Shown one piece after another: positions 37,999 to 47,263 of a stretch of DNA of 48,992 bases. Made by a program: the position numbers and the translations under genes. The notes beneath the pieces are model-generated. The model was not told the origin of the DNA. It ran no database searches and saw nothing but the letters and a program-made list of their open reading frames with translations. Origin of the DNA: Phycisphaerales bacterium (GTDB taxonomy: Bacteria > Planctomycetota > Phycisphaerae > Phycisphaerales > SM1A02); NCBI GenBank assembly GCA_007693845.1, contig RECV01000171.1:1-48992 (forward strand), read 5' to 3'. The stretch's first letter is position 1. Every line of letters begins with the position of its first letter.

Positions 37999-38697
37999 GT
38001 GACGGAGCGATCACATCACCATTCCGATTGGCAACAGCGATGGGATGAGGTTCGTTGCCCATCGTGCCGATACCAACTCCGCGGATTGCAGGGCGTGGTC
38101 GTGCGCTGTCCGGAGTGCGGTCAGCAATGCGATCGCGTCAATGAGCTTGCGATCAGTCGTCGGAGCTGGAGCTTCACGCCCACGTACGAGCGGCTCATGC
38201 GGCCGGCGATGTGTTTTATCATGCTGTTGATCGTGCTCCCCATACTGTGGGGTTTCCTTCAGATCGTCGATGAAGTGCACGCTCGAATCAGCATGACGAC
38301 GCTCTGCGCGGTGACTGCGGTACTGGTGGTGACGTGGATTGTTCTGTTGATACGCAATTCTTTGGTCCTGCCCAGCTACGCCGGACTGGGCTACGTCCTT
38401 CTAGCGCACGTGGTCGTGGTCGGATATCTACTGCTGAGCTTCTCGATCGTGGCAGGGGCTCTATGTATAGTCATCATCGGCCTCAATCCGACGATCTCGC
38501 AGTTCTTGATCCTCGGCCTGCCGCTCCGTCACGCGATCATCATTGGCTTGCTACTCGTCTCGGCGATTTTCATATACTTTGTCCTCCGGCTGCTGTTTCG
38601 TCTCGATGCACACATCGGCCGCCACTGCCTGCGACATGAAGCGCAACTTCACTTGCCGCACGCGGTGAAAAACGAACACGGAATTGAGCACCCATGA
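37999..38697 (+). CDS. Membrane protein with N-terminal zinc ribbon
   Basis: CPSCRYQ…CPECGQQC followed by 4-5 TM helices. Confidence 0.55.
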   Translation: MTERSHHHSDWQQRWDEVRCPSCRYQLRGLQGVVVRCPECGQQCDRVNELAISRRSWSFTPTYERLMRPAMCFIMLLIVLPILWGFLQIVDEVHARISMTTLCAVTAVLVVTWIVLLIRNSLVLPSYAGLGYVLLAHVVVVGYLLLSFSIVAGALCIVIIGLNPTISQFLILGLPLRHAIIIGLLLVSAIFIYFVLRLLFRLDAHIGRHCLRHEAQLHLPHAVKNEHGIEHP

Positions 38698-39248
38698 CCC
38701 CGAATGAAGCGCGAGCTTTGATGCACGAATGGACGGAGAGCCCATCCCTGCGTGGCCACATGGAAGCCGTCGCGGCGTGCATGGCCGCCTGCGCTGACTT
38801 TTACGACCCCGATCAACGGGACCGCTGGATCGTATGTGGGCTGTTGCATGACTTTGATTACGAGAAGCATCCCTCGAAAGAGGAACATCCGTTTGTCGGG
38901 GTTCGGCATCTCCGTGATCACACGGATGTTGATGAAGAGATCATCGATGCGATTCTCGGCCATGCGGAATACACCGGCACGCCGCGCGAGTGCAAGATGG
39001 CGAAGTGTCTGTTCGCCGTCGATGAACTGGCCGGCTTTGTTGTCGCCTGCGCGAAGGTCAGGCCGAACGGACTCGAAGACCTCAAGCCGAAGAGCGTGAA
39101 GAAGAAACTGAAAGACAAGGCGTTCGCCGCCGCGGTTTCACGCGAAGATATCCGCACCGGGATCGCGGAACTGGATGTCGATGAAACCGAACACATCCAG
39201 CGCTGCATTGATGCGATTCACCACGCGCAGGAACGGGTTCCTGTGTGA
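38694..39248 (+). CDS. HD-domain phosphohydrolase
   Basis: LLHDFDYEKHP…HLRDH…ILGHAEY HD-domain metal ligands. Start overlaps the upstream stop. Confidence 0.75.
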   Translation: MTPNEARALMHEWTESPSLRGHMEAVAACMAACADFYDPDQRDRWIVCGLLHDFDYEKHPSKEEHPFVGVRHLRDHTDVDEEIIDAILGHAEYTGTPRECKMAKCLFAVDELAGFVVACAKVRPNGLEDLKPKSVKKKLKDKAFAAAVSREDIRTGIAELDVDETEHIQRCIDAIHHAQERVPV

Positions 39249-39302
39249 ATACCGATTTTGAATCGGGCATCTACGCCCAGATATAGCAGGGGAGAACACT
39301 CC

Positions 39303-39758
39303 ATGAACGTCGGCTCTCACACGTTGCCTGTTCTCCTGGCCGTTCTATTCGCGCTCGGCTGTCAATCCACGCCGGAACCGGCAGCGCTGAGCGCTCACTC
39401 TGATGAACTGAACGAGTGCCGGGTGCAGCAACCCAATGACGCCAGCCTTGAAACGGTTGTCACGACTCTGGAATCACGCACCATTGAGGCGTGGATGCGC
39501 AAGCTTCCCCGAACGGCGGATGAACCGCCGCATCCCGTGCTGGCCGCAACACGCTACCGACCGTTTCCGACCGGTTTCGATCGGGCAAAGCAAGACGTTG
39601 CGATCTGCGGCTTGCCGAAAATCTCGATTGAGCGTCGTGGCGGCGAGCAGAGATACTGGCTCCGATTGGTCGAACCATGGACGAACGCCGTCACTTGGCA
39701 CGGACCGTTTGAGCTGAGCGCCTCCGGCGAGGTCGTGATTCTGCCCGAAGAAGAATAG
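39303..39758 (+). CDS. Hypothetical lipoprotein
   Basis: MNVGSHTLPVLLAVLFALGC lipobox. Upstream alternative start at 39258. Confidence 0.5.
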   Translation: MNVGSHTLPVLLAVLFALGCQSTPEPAALSAHSDELNECRVQQPNDASLETVVTTLESRTIEAWMRKLPRTADEPPHPVLAATRYRPFPTGFDRAKQDVAICGLPKISIERRGGEQRYWLRLVEPWTNAVTWHGPFELSASGEVVILPEEE

Positions 39759-40039
39759 CCCGCTCCCAAATGCGAAAGCCCACGAATCGTCTCCATGGGC
39801 TTTGGCAATTGCATCGTGTTGTGATCAAGCGACGATGGCCGCTCGCTCAACCTTTCGACGATTCGGTCTGACGCGCGGAGCGAGATTCGACTTGAATGTC
39901 AGGTGTGAAGCCGCCCGCATCCAGCACATCGCGCACGGTGCGAGCGATCGAAACCGGATCAAGGCCGGCTTCTTCGAGTTGCTCGTCGCGGCCAACGAAA
40001 AGAATTGACGGCACTCAAACGATCAGCCAAGATGTCGTG

Positions 40040-40519
40040 ATGTCTGAAGCGACCCAGTACCGTCTGCGCCTGCCGGACGGGAACGAATACGGCCCGGTGT
40101 CGATGGACACGATCGTGGGGTGGACGCGGCAGAGCCGCGTGCCGCGGAATGCGTCCCTCGTCGAGGAGCCCGATGGAACCGTTCGGCCGGTGATGGACGT
40201 TCCGGAACTGCATCCGTTCTTTCAAGCAATGGGCGCAGCAGCTTCGCATCACGATAAACATTCATCCATCAGCTCGTTGATTCCGTATCGCAACGTGCCG
40301 GCCCTGACCGGCTACTACCTGTCGATTGCAGCGCTGCTGCCGATCATCGGCCTGCCCATTGGGCTGGTGGCGGTGATCCTCGGCGTGGTCGGGCTGTCGC
40401 GGGTGCGCGCGAATCCGGCGTGCAAGGGAACCGTGCATGCGTGGATCGCCATCGCACTCGGGACCATCGGGTTCATGATTTCACTGGTGATGTTGGTCTT
40501 GCTCATGATCCCGTACTGA
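40040..40519 (+). CDS. GYF-like (DUF4339) domain membrane protein
   Basis: YRLRLPDGNEYGPVSMDTIVGW N-terminal domain and C-terminal paired TM helices. Confidence 0.55.
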   Translation: MSEATQYRLRLPDGNEYGPVSMDTIVGWTRQSRVPRNASLVEEPDGTVRPVMDVPELHPFFQAMGAAASHHDKHSSISSLIPYRNVPALTGYYLSIAALLPIIGLPIGLVAVILGVVGLSRVRANPACKGTVHAWIAIALGTIGFMISLVMLVLLMIPY

Positions 40520-40638
40520 CGGGCGGATCGGGGGTGGACCGGGGGTGGATCGGCGTTTGACCGGCTGCGATGGCAGGGTATGATTGTTCGGTGTCTGATT
40601 GGATTCCACCGAACCGCTCCTCCTGCGGCGATGAAGTC

Positions 40639-41859
40639 ATGCTCACCACGTTGTTTCTGGATTTGAACTCGTACTTCGCCTCGGCGGAGCAGCAGCTTCA
40701 GCCCGCGCTGCGCGGCCGCCCGGTCGGCGTGGTGCCGCTGATGGCGGAGACGACGTGCTGTATTGCCGCGAGTTACGAAGCCAAGGCGCACGGCGTGAAG
40801 ACCGGCACGCGGGTCAGCGAAGCGCGGCGGCTGTGTCCGGCGATCACGTTCGTTGAGGCCCGCCCCGAAACGTACGTGCACCTGCACCACCAGGTCATCC
40901 GCGCGGTTGAGCGATGTCTGCCCGTCGCGGCGATCCACTCGATTGATGAACTGCACTGCACGCTACTGGGCCGGGAGCGCGAGCCGGATCGGGCGGTCGA
41001 ACTCGCGCAGCAGATCAAGGCGAGCATTGCGGAGTGTGTCGGCGAGCAGTTGCGTTCATCCATCGCCATCGCGCCGAATCGGTTTCTCGCCAAGGTCGGC
41101 ACCGAGTTGGAGAAGCCCGACGGCCTGGTCGTGATCGAGCGGAAGGACCTGCCGGGGAAACTGCACGGATTGTCGCTGCGTGATTTGCCCGGCATCGGGC
41201 CGCGCATGCACCAGCGTCTGCTGGCGCGCGGGGTGGATTCGGTCGAGCGATTGTGCGCGCTTTCGGAAGGAGAGATGCTGGCGATCTGGCAGAGTGTGAT
41301 CGGCAGGGTCTGGTTCCGCTGGCTGCGGGGTGAGGATGTCTGGGAGCCGCCGACGCATCGGCGATCGATCGGCCATCAGCACGTCCTGCCGCCCGAGCGG
41401 CGCACGCAGGAAGGGGCGCGCGGCGTGCTGGTGCGACTGCTCAGCAAGGCCGCGATGCGGTTGCGATCGCTCGGCTATTGGGCGCAGCAGATGACGGTTG
41501 GCGTCAAGTGTCTCGATGATCGGTCGTTCAGTCGCACGGCGAAGCTGCCCTTGACACAGGACACCATGGAGTTATTGGAAGCGTTCGGCTCGATCTGGCC
41601 GATGAGTGCAGCGCGGCTTCTGCCCGGCACGCCGCTGCGGGTGTCGATCACGTTGCACGAACTGGAAGCGAACGCGAGCGTGGCGCCGCCGCTCTTTCCG
41701 GGCGCGCGGAAGCGATTGCAACTGGCGCAGACGATGGATGCGATCAACACGAAGTTCGGCCGGGCGGCGGTGTACCCGGGATCGATGCACGATTCACGGA
41801 AGACCGCGCCGACACGGATTGCGTTCAAGAACATTCCGGATCTGACGCTGCCGGCGTGA
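40639..41859 (+). CDS. Y-family DNA polymerase (DinB/ImuB-like)
   Basis: MLTTLFLDLNSYFASAEQ… (catalytic D in LDLNSYFA), …IAPNRFLAKV… palm/finger motifs. Confidence 0.8.
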   Translation: MLTTLFLDLNSYFASAEQQLQPALRGRPVGVVPLMAETTCCIAASYEAKAHGVKTGTRVSEARRLCPAITFVEARPETYVHLHHQVIRAVERCLPVAAIHSIDELHCTLLGREREPDRAVELAQQIKASIAECVGEQLRSSIAIAPNRFLAKVGTELEKPDGLVVIERKDLPGKLHGLSLRDLPGIGPRMHQRLLARGVDSVERLCALSEGEMLAIWQSVIGRVWFRWLRGEDVWEPPTHRRSIGHQHVLPPERRTQEGARGVLVRLLSKAAMRLRSLGYWAQQMTVGVKCLDDRSFSRTAKLPLTQDTMELLEAFGSIWPMSAARLLPGTPLRVSITLHELEANASVAPPLFPGARKRLQLAQTMDAINTKFGRAAVYPGSMHDSRKTAPTRIAFKNIPDLTLPA

Positions 41860-42166
41860 TGGCGTAGCGGTTCGGCCGGAGTGACTCGGTCAGAGCGGAT
41901 TCATCGGCACGCGCAGAACACCCAGATTAACATCGCCGGCAGTTCGTGCATTGACGAAGTCTGTTGCCTGGTTTTTCTTGCATTCGGGGGCGGGACGGGG
42001 CATACTCCCAGTAGGTTTGTTTCTTCGAGACATGCTGAGGAACGGGAGCTCGGGTCCAGGCACGCTTGTGGGGCAGGCGGATGTGTTCATTCATTTGCCC
42101 CCGAGCGACTTTCTGCGGCTGTTTCGTTCCCTTGTGCCCCCACGTCTTCCCGAAGGAGCGATCACC

Positions 42167-43225
42167 GTGTTCACCCATGACCGCCGCGATGCCGCAGCGC
42201 GTTTCCGCCCGACCCTGAGAGTCGGTTTGTCGACATCCGCCGTGCTGCTGGCATGCCAGATGTCGATACTCAGCACGATCGCCCAGGCCGCGCCGAACGC
42301 CGATCCGCCGCGCATCACCTACATTGAAACGGAGCGCTCGGTGTCATTGCCCGATGAACCGCAGCCGCTGGTTCCGCTGATCGCGATGGTTGTGGATGAG
42401 ACCGGTCACCTGGCAGTGGCGAGCGCGCTGGGAGCGCCGGAGGCGTCGTATTACTTCGATCTTGAGACGCTTGAGCTGGTGGGCAATGCGCCGTACATCC
42501 TGTTGGACAGTCTCGATTACAACGGGTCGCTGTACGCCGGAACGCAGGGGGGATTCCTCGGCTTCGGCGAAGGAATCTACAACGGCGCTCCCTTTTTGAC
42601 GCGCAGTAACTGGACCAGCATTTTCATCGGCGGCGCGATCGCGGACATCACGGCCCCGCCGGTCGCCATCTTCGAACACGCAGGCGAGCCCCATTTCCTG
42701 CTCCAAGGGAAGCAGATCTACAACCTGGATGGGCAACTCGTCGCCGAAACAAGCAGCGCACCGTTTATGCAGGGCTTGGCGTTCGATCGAACCGACAGCT
42801 CCGGCCATCACCACTTCTGGTACACCCGATCTCTCAACGAGACCGGCCCTGCGCAGACCCTCTCCCGCGCTGTACTCAGATCCGACCTGACCACCTTCCG
42901 CACTGTCGAACACTTCATATTGACCGACGGGCCTGTTGAGGTGGGTGGGCTCGCCCGAGATCCAAAGGACAAAAAGCGATTCTTCATCGGCGGCCCCGTC
43001 GAAGGGCGCATTTTTGAAACCATCATTCCAAAGCTCGGCGATTGTCCTTCCGACATCACCGGGTCCGGACGGGTTGATGTGCAGGATCTGCTCCGTGTGT
43101 TGGAAGCATGGGGTGACTGCCCCGATGATGAAGACTGCCCAGAGGACACCAATCAGAGCGGAACCGTGGGTCTGCTCGATCTGCTCAACGTGCTCGCTCA
43201 GTGGGGCGACTGCCCGGACAACTGA
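42167..43225 (+). CDS. Secreted protein with C-terminal tandem dockerin-like repeats
   Basis: GTG-start signal peptide (RRDAAARFRPTLRVGLSTSAVLLACQ…AQA). C-terminal DITGSGRVDVQDLLRVLEAWGDCP / DTNQSGTVGLLDLLNVLAQWGDCP repeats. Track ORF starts at 41951. Confidence 0.5.
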   Translation: MFTHDRRDAAARFRPTLRVGLSTSAVLLACQMSILSTIAQAAPNADPPRITYIETERSVSLPDEPQPLVPLIAMVVDETGHLAVASALGAPEASYYFDLETLELVGNAPYILLDSLDYNGSLYAGTQGGFLGFGEGIYNGAPFLTRSNWTSIFIGGAIADITAPPVAIFEHAGEPHFLLQGKQIYNLDGQLVAETSSAPFMQGLAFDRTDSSGHHHFWYTRSLNETGPAQTLSRAVLRSDLTTFRTVEHFILTDGPVEVGGLARDPKDKKRFFIGGPVEGRIFETIIPKLGDCPSDITGSGRVDVQDLLRVLEAWGDCPDDEDCPEDTNQSGTVGLLDLLNVLAQWGDCPDN

Positions 43226-43260
43226 TTGCGATCAACGTAACATTCATGAACGCAAACCGG

Positions 43261-43285
43261 CGCGGCCCATGTGAAGTGGGCCGCG
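43261..43285. terminator. Hairpin between convergent genes (possible bidirectional terminator)
   Basis: CGCGGCCCAtgtgaagTGGGCCGCG perfect 9-bp stem, followed by gttcgtcttcgtc. Confidence 0.45.
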
Positions 43286-43295
43286 TTCGTCTTCG

Positions 43296-44441
43296 TCATT
43301 CTGACTCCGATTCAGTTTCAGTCATCGTCGCGTCGATCCATTGGCGAACGATCGCAAGCAGTTGCGGGCTGACCGGCCCGACGAATCCCGGATCATCGTG
43401 TGATTCGACGATCTTGAAGTTGTGACTCGCCGCGGGAATCACCCGCGCCGTGACCGAGCTCGATTCACGACTCTCCAGCGCCTCACGCAAACGCTTCAGG
43501 TCGATCTCCGCGCTGACCTGCGCATCGAACTGGCCGTTCACCACGAGCACCGGCCCGTCGTACGTACGGGCATACGGCAGGGGATCGACCGTCAGGTACG
43601 CCCGAATGACATTCCGCGCCGCTGGCGAAAAGAGCGTTCCCAACATCGGGTGCAGATCATCGGGTACTGGTTCATCATCCTTCACCGCCGACATTGCCCG
43701 CTCGAGATCTGCCATGATGCGCTCAAGTTGCGCCTCATCGGTCACCACCCGCCCGGCCGTGCGCGAAATCTGCTCGCGCAGCAGATGATCGAGCGTGCGG
43801 CCGGCGGTTCCGGCCAAGATCAACCCGCGCGGCGGAGCCGTGCTCGCCTCATCATCCTCCCCCAACATCTGCGCAACCTGAAGCGCGATCAATCCGCCCT
43901 CGCTGTGGCCGAGGATGATCGTGCGCTCCGCATCCACCCGATCGTGCTCGCGCAGAAATCGAAATGCAGCTGCGGCATCGTTGAGAAAGTGCGGCCAGTC
44001 AAAAAACTCGTTCAATGCTTCAAGACTCTCGCGCGGCCAGCGTTCGTGGTACACCAGGCAGGCCCGCTTATCGAACCGCAACGTCGCCACATCGGCCTTC
44101 GCTAGATCGTGCGCCACATCGCGCAGCAGGTTTGTCATCAGACGCGGCGGCTGGTTGCCGTTGCGATCCGTCGGGCCGGAGCCGGGCAGGAGCAGGACGC
44201 CGATGAACGTGGTCTCTTCATCCTCCTTCGCTCGTTTGGGCAGGGTCAACGTCCCGCGCAGTTGAAAATCCTCCGCCCCGGAGAAAGTCACTTCCTGTTC
44301 GTGAAAAGGGCGGTCAACTTGATGATCAATAAGAGCGGCATTGGCCTCCACCATCATGCCCGTCGCGGGCGCTGCCGACAGCAGACCGCATAGCGTGAAC
44401 ATGATCGCAGTGCCGGAAATCACGAACGTTCTCATCCGCAT
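43296..44441 (-). CDS. Secreted alpha/beta-hydrolase (esterase/lipase-like)
   Basis: Signal peptide MRMRTFVISGTAIMFTLCGLLSAAPA. Nucleophile elbow GHSEGG. Confidence 0.75.
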   Translation of the reverse strand: MRMRTFVISGTAIMFTLCGLLSAAPATGMMVEANAALIDHQVDRPFHEQEVTFSGAEDFQLRGTLTLPKRAKEDEETTFIGVLLLPGSGPTDRNGNQPPRLMTNLLRDVAHDLAKADVATLRFDKRACLVYHERWPRESLEALNEFFDWPHFLNDAAAAFRFLREHDRVDAERTIILGHSEGGLIALQVAQMLGEDDEASTAPPRGLILAGTAGRTLDHLLREQISRTAGRVVTDEAQLERIMADLERAMSAVKDDEPVPDDLHPMLGTLFSPAARNVIRAYLTVDPLPYARTYDGPVLVVNGQFDAQVSAEIDLKRLREALESRESSSVTARVIPAASHNFKIVESHDDPGFVGPVSPQLLAIVRQWIDATMTETESESE

Positions 44442-44686
44442 GCCACATCCTCCAAAGCCTGGTTGAGTGAACCGGCATGAGCTTGCCGATGCATGGTGCA
44501 TATTGTGCCGCGCCTTGTGCGGCGTTTCCACACGATGATTGGGGAAACCGTACCAGAAGATTTACCATCGTCCTGAATGAAAGAAACCGGAGCGGATGCG
44601 GTCCCGTCGGGACCACACCACACTCCGGTTCAGGGCTCCGGTTCAGGCGATCTTCCGTCGCAGTGAACGAGAGCGGGAAAGCCATC

Positions 44687-45808
44687 TCAGTTCGGCTCCT
44701 GATCGATCAGTCGCCGGATCTGGCCGGTCAACTCACCCGAGCCGAACACGAAGGTGCTCTTCGCGCCTTGCAGAATCGACTGCAGCGCTTCGAGTTCCTT
44801 CATCCGCGCGAGCACGGGATTGTCCGCGAGCAACTTGGCGGTATTCGCCTGGCTGCGCGCCGCGGCCGTTTCCTCACGCCGACGGATCAGGTTCGCCTGC
44901 GCTTCCTTCTCGGCGGTGATGACCTGATTCAGAATCAGCTTCATCTCGCCGGGCAGGATGATGTCACGCAGACCGACGCTGCGCACGCTCACGCCGAACT
45001 CACTCGCCCGACGTGCGATCACGGTCTTCACCTCGTCGCCGATCGACTCCTTGTCCGACAGAAGTTCATCGAGCGTGCGGGTTCCGATTGCCGATCGCAG
45101 CGCGAGCTGCGACTCGCGGTAGAGGGCCTGGCTGAAGTCGCTCACGACGGTGACCGCTTCAACCGGGTTGCTGACACGGTACCCGACGAGGAGATTGACG
45201 CGCAACGTGACCTTGTCCTTCGCCATGATCTCCTGTCCGGAGACATCGAGCACCTGCTCGCGCCGATCCACCGCACGGGGGATGAGCCGCCCCGTACCGG
45301 TCCAGAAGACGTGCCGACCTTCGCCGAGCCGTTCCATGAGACGGCCGTTCCGGAAGAGAAGCACATCCTCGCTGGGATCGACGTAGATCGTGAACAGTCG
45401 CTTGGACGCATCCGCGTTCTCGAGAATCACGTCCAACCGAGGATGCTCAAACCGGATCGATTCGATGTTGATGATCTCGACGCGCAGCGAGCTGTTCGCC
45501 TTCCAGTACGCGTGCCGGCCGGGGCCGAGGATCTCGACGAGACGCTCATCCTTCCAGACGAGCGCGCGTTGATCATCGTTCAGTTCGACGATGAGCAACT
45601 CGTCCTGTGCCTCGGGCTGCCTGGCGATCACCTCGAGCAGTTCGTGATCGAACCGCGGCTTGAGGGTGTTCACCACTTCGACGCGCGTGCGGCGTCGGGT
45701 GAACAGGCGGCTGGGCGTCCAGTACCGACCGGGCGCGAGAATGCGCACGAAGTCGCCGTAACGGAAAAGCAAGCCGCGTTCGTGTTGTCGAATGCGTTGA
45801 AGAATCAT
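44687..45808 (-). CDS. SPFH/band-7 (stomatin/prohibitin-like) domain protein
   Basis: …KDKVTLRVNLLVGYRV… SPFH core and C-terminal coiled-coil (ITAEKEAQANLIRRREETAAARSQANTAKLL). Confidence 0.8.
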   Translation of the reverse strand: MILQRIRQHERGLLFRYGDFVRILAPGRYWTPSRLFTRRRTRVEVVNTLKPRFDHELLEVIARQPEAQDELLIVELNDDQRALVWKDERLVEILGPGRHAYWKANSSLRVEIINIESIRFEHPRLDVILENADASKRLFTIYVDPSEDVLLFRNGRLMERLGEGRHVFWTGTGRLIPRAVDRREQVLDVSGQEIMAKDKVTLRVNLLVGYRVSNPVEAVTVVSDFSQALYRESQLALRSAIGTRTLDELLSDKESIGDEVKTVIARRASEFGVSVRSVGLRDIILPGEMKLILNQVITAEKEAQANLIRRREETAAARSQANTAKLLADNPVLARMKELEALQSILQGAKSTFVFGSGELTGQIRRLIDQEPN

Positions 45809-46460
45809 GATGACGAAAGACTCCTTGGTTCAATGCGTGATCGCGACATGTGATCACGCGGGGCAATGGGGTTATCCGGGACGGGGATGCGGACGCACAT
45901 GGCGCCGACACACCTCCAGGAGTTCGGCCAGGCCGCCGTGCACCAACTGGTGACGGTGACAGGCCACGAGCACATCGCTGCCGCCCACAACTTCGGGGAC
46001 GTACGGCCGATGTGGCGGTCGTTCATGACGTCTGAACAACATGGCGAGTTTCCTTTTTCAATGTTTCCTGCACTTGAACGAATACGATCAACGGTCTTCA
46101 GAAACGCACTGCCACGCGCAGCGCGATGGAACTTCAAAGGGGCGAACGAGCAAGGGGCACGTTGGGAGAGCCCCGCCTCGGTGACGGGCCCGGGCTTAAG
46201 CGCAGCGTCGGGTCAACGGTGGTTCGAACGTGCGACCTGGCCCCCCTCACACACCGGCGCACACGTTCGAGCCGTTCACACTTCACCGCGCGGTATCCAC
46301 CCTGGCGCAGGCCACCTCGTCGGTGTCATTCGGCGATCGGCGCGGCCGCCCCGGTGGCGGCAGGCACGCTTCCCGTCGAATGACCGGCTCGCCCGACGAT
46401 TCCCCCGCCCGTCCGCCGGGATGGAGCGCATGGACATGCGCGGTAACCGCCGAAGCGGTG

Positions 46461-46533
46461 GGTGCTGAGCAGGAGTCGAACCTGCGCTTACGGATGAGGA
46501 TTCCGTCGCTCTACCATCTGAGCTATCAAGCAC
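46461..46533 (-). tRNA. tRNA, anticodon read as CCU (Arg), with atypical features
   Basis: rc: GTGCTTGATAGCTCAGATGGTAGAGCGACGGAATCCTCATCCGTAAGCGCAGGTTCGACTCCTGCTCAGCACC. D-arm GCTC/GAGC. Anticodon stem ACGGA/TCCGT with loop AUCCUCA. T-arm GCAGG-TTCGACT-CCTGC. The acceptor stem needs a 1-nt bulge and position 37 is C. Confidence 0.65.
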
Positions 46534-46865
46534 GGTCAGCCAGCATGCTTCGAACCCGTTTCGCGGTACGGCGCGGCGTGATGCCTTTGCAACGCCACGA
46601 CGCCGCCGGTGCGTGTTGGCTGGGAACGTCGGATCGGATTGTCTGGGACAGTGGGAATGAAGCCGAGGGGTATGATTGGAGGCACTGAGGCACTGAGGCA
46701 TCATGTAACTCGACACTCGCCACACACGGTTTCTCTTTGACCTTTGCGCATTGCGTCTTGGTCTCGGTTGTAACTTCCCATCTGTCGTGTTATTTATCTG
46801 CGCACTGATCGCGCAGAACATGTGTTCACCTCCTTGTCTTCTCAGACTCAGGAACTGTCCAAAAC

Positions 46866-46896
46866 GAAAAACGCCCCGGAGTGAGGTCTCCGGGGC
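46866..46896 (-). terminator. Rho-independent terminator for the small minus-strand ORF
   Basis: aaaaaCGCCCCGGAGtgaggtCTCCGGGGCG: perfect 10-bp stem with a U-run on the minus strand. Confidence 0.5.
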
Positions 46897-46927
46897 GGGT
46901 CAGGTCACGTCAACGTGGTTGGACGTT

Positions 46928-47080
46928 CTACCTTTCCGCGGGGAGACCGATGCAAAGGCCATCGAATCCGAAGTCGTACCGATCGGCACCAATCGCCGAC
47001 TCGTTCCGAACGACAAGCGTGCTCGCATCAGATTTTGATGTCCGCGTGCATGATGGATTGTGGTTCATGGCTTCAAACAT
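46928..47080 (-). CDS. Small ORF (50 aa) with a strong Shine–Dalgarno sequence, not in the supplied track
   Basis: rc: AGGAGGTGACCC-ATG TTT GAA GCC ATG AAC… giving MFEAMNHNPSCTRTSKSDASTLVVRNESAIGADRYDFGFDGLCIGLPAER*. SD lies 6 nt upstream and the terminator hairpin lies 30 nt downstream. Confidence 0.35.
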   Translation of the reverse strand: MFEAMNHNPSCTRTSKSDASTLVVRNESAIGADRYDFGFDGLCIGLPAER

Positions 47081-47263
47081 GGGTCACCTCCTGCGGAAAA
47101 CGCATCCGCACTATCGGGAAGGGCGTAAACATAACATCCGCATGACAACTGTCAATGCAGGAATCACAATTTAATGGCAAATTCTGAAACTGAGAATGCT
47201 TCGCAATTCCGCGAAGCTGACTGTCCGGATGACTTTGCGATCGCGCAGGCCGAGCGGCCGCCC

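Noticed and set aside
45809-46460. Possible RNase P RNA or tmRNA in the ORF-free spacer
   Set aside because: I searched by eye for GGAAAGTCCGG, ACAGAAnCCGGCTTA (RNase P) and GGGGnnGA…TCCACCA with a GGTTCGA T-loop (tmRNA). Only a weak CCGGGCTTAAGCG resemblance was found, which is insufficient.
45866-46821. 200-aa (+) and 181-aa (−) ORFs in the SPFH–tRNA spacer
   Set aside because: Their composition is Arg/Pro/Gly-rich. The minus ORF runs straight through the tRNA gene. There are no start-site signals.
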